Part shown: piece after piece, positions 33,415-39,508 of the stretch
Layout of the letters: the number at the start of each line of letters is the position of its first letter
Position numbering within the stretch: the stretch's first letter is position 1
From: Octopus bimaculoides
Taxonomy: Eukaryota
Reading direction: 5' to 3'
Length of the DNA: 39,508 nucleotides
Assembly: GCF_001194135.2 (NCBI RefSeq)
Contig: NC_068988.1
Coordinates: forward strand, 19,154,151-19,193,658
The notes under the pieces: generated by a model
What the model was told of the DNA's origin: nothing
The model's input: only the letters and a program-made list of their open reading frames with translations
The model's database searches: none
Program-made: the position numbers and the translations under genes

Positions 33415-36400
33415 ATGATATCAATAACTCGACAGAAGAAAATTGAAGAAAGAACAAATTTACTGTATCGTTTTCATGCTGTCGCCAAGCCGTATTTGAA
33501 TTTATTACAGAACATTATGAAAGGTGAAAATGGTGAAAACACAGACAAAGACGAAGACAAAATCATTAATAAAAATCTCACAGGTTCCATAGAAATGCAG
33601 AAGGGTCAAGAATGTCATGTATATCTGAGATATCCTTTACCGCCCGCAAAAGAACTCTATCAACACCAAACGCCATTAAAGGTTTCAACTGAAATGAATG
33701 AACAAAAGAATAAAACTGAATTATTACTAATGACAAAGAAAGGTGAGCCATTAGAAATTTTAAGAAACGTGAAACCAAAATGACTTGGCCAAAAAAATCT
33801 AGCATAAATGAAAGAGAGCTATGATAACCTGTGGATTGAATTTAAAACAAAAGGGGTTACTTCTGAATGGAGAAAGCAGAACAAACTACTGTCATGCTCG
33901 TTTCAAGTTCAATTTGGTTTATATTAAATAGGGCAATTATTCCCCAGAAACTCCGCGGAGATGCAGGAGAGGCCTATGCTAGAAATCCTATGCTGAACAG
34001 GGCCTCATCGGTAAAGATAAAAAACTTGAATGCTAGATGCACCTACCTCTCTCTGAAAGTGACACAATGTATATTATGTGGATCTCACCACTACTCAAAA
34101 GGCTTATTTGTAGATAAATTACAAACTGTGGCAGCCCTTTATCTTTAAAGCATGGCTCAGAAAATAGCACAGCAGTTAAGTTGGTCACCGCAGTAAGAGA
34201 CTCAAAGTTAAGCATACTAATACACAAGGCCTCTACAGGCAGCCACTCTAATATAATATCAACCATATCTATAAATGTTAGACTATGTTGTAACGTAGGA
34301 ACGGAAGTAAAATTGCTTACCTGAGAAATATGCTACGATCTAGTAACAGACACAAAAGATGTAGTAGGAATACACACGCTAAATTACTTCGTCACTCGAG
34401 CTGGCAAAGAAGAAACAAGTGAAGGGGAAATGGATATTCTTACATCCATTAAGAAACCCTACTCTTGGTTCTTTTGTCAAGCTCAAATTTACATGCGACA
34501 AAACACAGGATTTTTTTTATTGCTTACTCAACGTAGAAGGACGGTTTCTAGAATATTTTACAGGTTTCAGTAAACACTGATTCGGAAAGGAAGAAATATA
34601 TTCTCAAATCAGAGACTCGGTCCGAATGCTTGTAACTGAATGGACTACGCTAAAGACACACAAGGAATAGGCGGTGTTGTTAAACCGAGTGACGAGTTAA
34701 AAATATCATAAACAAGATATATCTACTTGTGTAACATATCGTCCACTGTATGTTTCAGATCTTGACAGAGCCATCGTTTGCTTCATATAACAATAGTTAA
34801 TTTGAAGAGAGCTTCAGAAATATGGAAGTGTTATGAACCAATCTGGGATGATATACCAGTGTATTTTCTCTTGGGTAACATTATCTTTCGCAACGTCAAA
34901 TGTTCTGACAATCACCCTCTCTTAAAAATATCACTGATCAGGTGAAGAGAAGTAGAATCTCTACTTGAAATTAGGAACATAATGTTTACACAAGAAATAT
35001 TTAATCCAAAGTGGGGAAACATTACTCTAGATCTCAGCTTTCAAAATTACATTGTGTTATCCCACTATGTGAAGATGATACGAATATTCTTTGACCATAA
35101 AAGACTATTTATCTTTAAAATGAAACAGTAGACATAGATCTTAGAAGGTGCGCTGAAACTTTATCCAATGTGGAATTTTACATGATTCACTGGAAATATA
35201 ATAAAAATTACAATTTCAAACAGGACTGGCTCTATGCAAGGCAAGTGCATTAAGCTGAAGTGATTGTTTAATGTTAATGCAAGCCATGTGCCTCAAATTT
35301 CTCTCAGAACGAAAATCTAATATTCACAAATATATAATTCCTAGGAGCAAAAAATACAAATGCATCTAAGAATAAAGATCTCAAGCCGTTTAAATGAAGT
35401 TATAACAGCAAAAAAAAAGCACTCTTAAAAAGGAAATCTCTCAGGAACAAAACATCTCCATGAAAATGAGAGACATAAAGAGAGAAATAATTGCTGTACA
35501 AAACATAAAAGCGAAACCTGAAGTTTTTTCTTTTTTTTTAATAAAATCGCAAAGGAATTAGCTTCACTGTATATGCAAATAAAGCCAATGTTCCAAGGAA
35601 ATAATCCATGGACTGTAAACACCAAAAGGCTTGGAAAATTCTGAGTGAACAATTCAGAGGGGTTTACACTGCTGCGCGATGGAACATAAGGAAACCCTGA
35701 ATGTTGTTTAATTCTACAATTTTGCACACCGAAGTAATAGAATAAATTCTTCAATCTCAAGGTGGATTATTTAATATCTGTCAAAACCAAAATGAGTCTC
35801 GATTCATCAGCAAACCATAATGGGTTCTCTACAATTCTCTTGAAAAGAAAACGACTACAGTAAAGCAGAACCATTTAGGATATCTTTCAAAAACTTCATT
35901 GCAAATGGTAAGCTCTTTTAAGAAGCTAAAAGTCAGTATATCAAGGATGAAATAAAGAAGATATTGAACTTATAGGCTCACTTCTATGTTCACAATTCAG
36001 CAAAGTCGTGGAACAAATTATTGGATGGTAAATCGTCATGTTCATAAAAATAATGGTAATTATTTTTTGTTCAGATTGAATCTACTACATACAGCTACTG
36101 CGGTGTTTACAAGTGGGCGTTTGAACAGGTGTTCAACTATTGTAGATGCAGAAAATCGCAAATTTGCAATTACCTTCGACATAGCCGATTTGGAAAATTT
36201 CGTGATCGCAGAAACGGTATTTGAAAAATTCTGTGATTGCAGGAAAACTAGGAGAGTGATTGCATGACATTTAACGAAACAAAGTTCATGCTGTAATCTC
36301 TGAAAGAACTGAATATTCTAAATGGGTCCTTCGAGGAACTGCATTGAACTAATATTACTTGTTGTGGCCCGCTTTTAAGCATATCAGCAGATAAGCAAAT

Positions 36401-36546
36401 AGCTCTACTCCCGTTAGTCATACTGAGGTTTTGAAGATATTTAAGCCAAGCAAGGACCTCGATAGTGTACAAAAGACAAGTAGAAAGAACTCGGAGTAAT
36501 ATACAGCTGGGCGGAATCAAACAACGTGCAATTTAATGCTGGATAA
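33415..36546 (+). mobile_element. Heavily decayed CR1/Jockey-group LINE (possible ORF1, weak APE, clear RT remnants)
   Basis: RT region: KILSEQFRGVYT; MSLDSSANHNGFSTILLK; AEPFRISFKNFIANGKL; SLLCSQFSKVVEQII; VLRGTAL/LILLVVA (GVPQG-like); ELGVIYSWAESNNVQFNAG. Weak APE-like ISINVR and SDNHP at 34250-34930. The 5' boundary and ORF1 assignment are uncertain. Confidence 0.72.
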
Positions 36547-36549
36547 CGC

Positions 36550-37130
36550 TCTTCACTGTAAGCTGTCGTTATCATCCATAATTATCAACCTTCATTATCA
36601 GCTGTCGTTAACAGCCGTCATTATTATCATATACTATCTGCCTTCACCATCACCTGTTACCATCGCTTTTACAATCAGCTGTGATTATCATTCGGTTTTA
36701 TCAACTTCATCATAAGTAGTCACTGTCAATCTTCGTCATCAACTTTCGTTATCAGTCTTCGCTATCAACCTTTACTATTCGCTGTCACTATCAGTTTTAA
36801 CTCATATCCTTCTCTATCAGATGTTACTATCTCGTGTCATCGTCAATCATCACTATCAGCCTTCATTATCACACTTCACAATCAACAAACACTATCACCC
36901 TTCACTATCAGCTATTAGTTTCAACAGTTGTCACTGCCTGCTTTCACTATGAGCAGTCGCTATATCCTATCAATACCAGCCTTCATTATCGCTCATTAAG
37001 CGACTTCATTTATCAGCTGTCACTATCACCATCACCTCTCAACTGTTTATTATCAGCTATCACCAACAGCTCCCATTATCAGCCTTCATTATCAGCTCTC
37101 ACTAACAGGAGCCATTGTCAGCTGTGACTT
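36550..37130. repeat. Degenerate 13-bp minisatellite, consensus about (C/T)TATCAGC(TG/CT)TCA
   Basis: Recurrent TTATCAGCTGTCA and CTATCAGCCTTCA units over about 580 bp. Confidence 0.85.
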
Positions 37131-37571
37131 TCTAACAATTGTAGTCAGGATCCACAAGATCAGGAGAAACTGAAAATCTAAAGTCAGTCTTTACATGAAC
37201 AGATGATTGAAAAAGCAAAATGGTGCTTCCTTTCATGCAATATTACAAATATAGCAACGATATTTATTTGACTGCGAAACTGGATTCAGAAATAAATTAG
37301 GATGAGAGAACCAAAAGCTATGTTCGTAGTGAGGACATTTATTGTCTCAACTATAGTCACCACATAAGGTTTAATTGATGTAGAACTGAAGTTGTTCAAC
37401 GTTATTGCTGCAAAAGTATTGGTTCTATGAGGCAATTGAATACAGAGATGGTTGATACCAATACAATTCCACTGCATACCAAACGTGTGCAGTGATATAT
37501 ATTTGAAGTATGTATTAACATTCCCATACGTTTCCTTCGTCTTTTTTGTTTTCCCGCTTATATACACATGC

Positions 37572-37614
<43 letters not shown>

Positions 37615-38299
37615 NNNNNNNNNNNNNNNNNNNNNNNNNNNNNNNNNNNNNNNNNNNNNNNNNNNNNNNNNNNNNNNNNNNNNNNNNNNNNNNNNNNNNN
37701 NNNNNNNNNNNNNNNNNNNNNNNNNNNNNNNNNNNNNNNNNNNNNNNNNNNNNNNNNNNNNNNNNNNNNNNNNNNNNNNNNNNNNNNNNNNNNNNNNNNN
37801 NNNNNNNNNNNNNNNNNNNNNNNNNNNNNNNNNNNNNNNNNNNNNNNNNNNNNNNNNNNNNNNNNNNNNNNNNNNNNNNNNNNNNNNNNNNNNNNNNNNN
37901 NNNNNNNNNNNNNNNNNNNNNNNNNNNNNNNNNNNNNNNNNNNNNNNNNNNNNNNNNNNNNNNNNNNNNNNNNNNNNNNNNNNNNNNNNNNNNNNNNNNN
38001 NNNNNNNNNNNNNNNNNNNNNNNNNNNNNNNNNNNNNNNNNNNNNNNNNNNNNNNNNNNNNNNNNNNNNNNNNNNNNNNNNNNNNNNNNNNNNNNNNNNN
38101 NNNNNNNNNNNNNNNNNNNNNNNNNNNNNNNNNNNNNNNNNNNNNNNNNNNNNNNNNNNNNNNNNNNNNNNTATAGGTAAAGCGAATTTTAGAGGTAATA
38201 CTTGATAATTGTAAGCACCTGTATATGCCAGATAGTAGCCGAGATGAAATAATAAATTAAAAGAGTAAAATTAAAACAAAACACAAAGGATTCCACAAA

Positions 38300-38758
38300 G
38301 GATTAGCTAGGAAAACAATAATTGAATTCGAGGGTAAACTTTGGACTAGGTCGGGCACCCCTGATAACTTCAATGTGGCTATGGGCTCGAGCGATTCAGC
38401 TCAGGTAACTGACTTAGTCGGAGCCTTTCTACTTAAGAGGCTATTCTCGGAGGTACCAGGCCTTCAGGGGGCGGGGTCTATACAGAGACGACGCACTATT
38501 CATTAAATCTTTTAAATCTTTTAATCTAAACTTGAATGTATTACTAACCCTAAGATAGTTAATTTTTTAGATGCTACACTAGACTTAGATAAAGGATTTC
38601 ACTACCCTTACAGAAAGCCAGAAGAAACTACTAGTTACATTAGCACACTTTCCAATCACCCCCACTCTATAATTAATACCACTGTCCAGGCTGTTTCGGA
38701 TAGACTAACTAAATTATCCTCGAATGAAAACATTTTTAAAGATCGTGCTCATTATTAC
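38300..38758 (+). mobile_element. Penelope-like element reverse transcriptase fragment
   Basis: LARKTIIEFEGKLW...FNVAMGSSDSAQVTDLVG...GLYRDDAL; after a frameshift, IVNFLDATLDL...YPYRKP...YISTLSNHPHSI...RLTKLSSNENIF. These are hallmark PLE RT motifs. Confidence 0.92.
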
Positions 38759-39252
38759 ATGTATATTAATATATATATTTTGGATATATAATCCAAGCGG
38801 TTTTATTTTTATATTTTCATCATTATCTCTCTCTCTCTATATATATATATATATTGCGGGAAAAAAATAAGAAAATGGAGAATAAATGGATGTAATTACT
38901 GATTTATTCACATGCTGTAGAAAGATATTTAAAAAAAAAAACATTATAAATAAATTGGAAGTTCAAAGCTCAAAAAAGTTTAAGAAAAATACGTAAGAAG
39001 TGCCTACATATATGTTTCTGTCAAACCAATAAGTACTTAGGAATTTCCAAACATGTTGTTTAACGTCAAAAAAAAATTGCTACATTCATACTATTTTAGG
39101 GCTGGACTTCTACAGGGTTCAAAAAGGGCTAAATCCACTAAGGCAATCATTATATCTTTTGAGGGAAGTGTGTAGTGTTAGCAGGTTGATGTAAAAACTA
39201 TGTTTAGAGATTCTATTTGGATGGTAGGTTTTGAATATTTGTGGATATACCA

Positions 39253-39508
39253 TTTGTTGTTGGCACTCCTTAGCTTACGACGTTGAGAGTTCCAGTTGAT
39301 CCGATCAACGGAACAGCCTGATCGTGAAATTAACGTGCAAGTGGCTGAGCACTCCACAGACACGTGTACCCTTAACGTAGTTCTCGGGGATATTCAGCAT
39401 GACACAGTGTGACAAGGCTGACCCTTTGAATTACAGGTATAACAGAAACTCAGGAAGTAAGAGTGAGAGAAAGCTGTGGTGGAAGAGTACAGCAGGGTTC
39501 GCCACCAT
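39253..39508 (-). mobile_element. tRNA-derived SINE family A, cut by the window end
   Basis: Near-identical to 28089-28345. Confidence 0.9.

Overview
Repeat-rich, AT-rich animal genomic DNA with five N-gaps. The SINE and LINE families resemble those of Octopus; this is an inference from recalled repeat families. No recognisable intact protein-coding gene is present, and almost all listed ORFs are microsatellite or gap artefacts. The window holds: (i) at least 20 tRNA-derived SINE copies from about four families, some young with clean 12-bp TSDs; (ii) decayed autonomous retroelements, namely four RLE-type (R4/Dong-like and related) non-LTR fragments, a ~3 kb CR1/Jockey-group LINE relic, a probable APE fragment, a possible L1/Tx1 ORF1 knuckle and a Penelope-like RT fragment; (iii) a hAT MITE with TIRs and an 8-bp TSD; (iv) many micro- and minisatellites. 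The most interesting observations are a two-copy ~200 bp repeat whose consensus folds into a complete minimal type I hammerhead ribozyme (3014-3064 and 9315-9365, minus strand), further hammerhead-like cores, a compact pseudoknot/switch element with a UUUAAAG slippery site (23419-23485), and plus-strand splice signals suggesting a tiny-exon host transcript with a possible recursive splice site.
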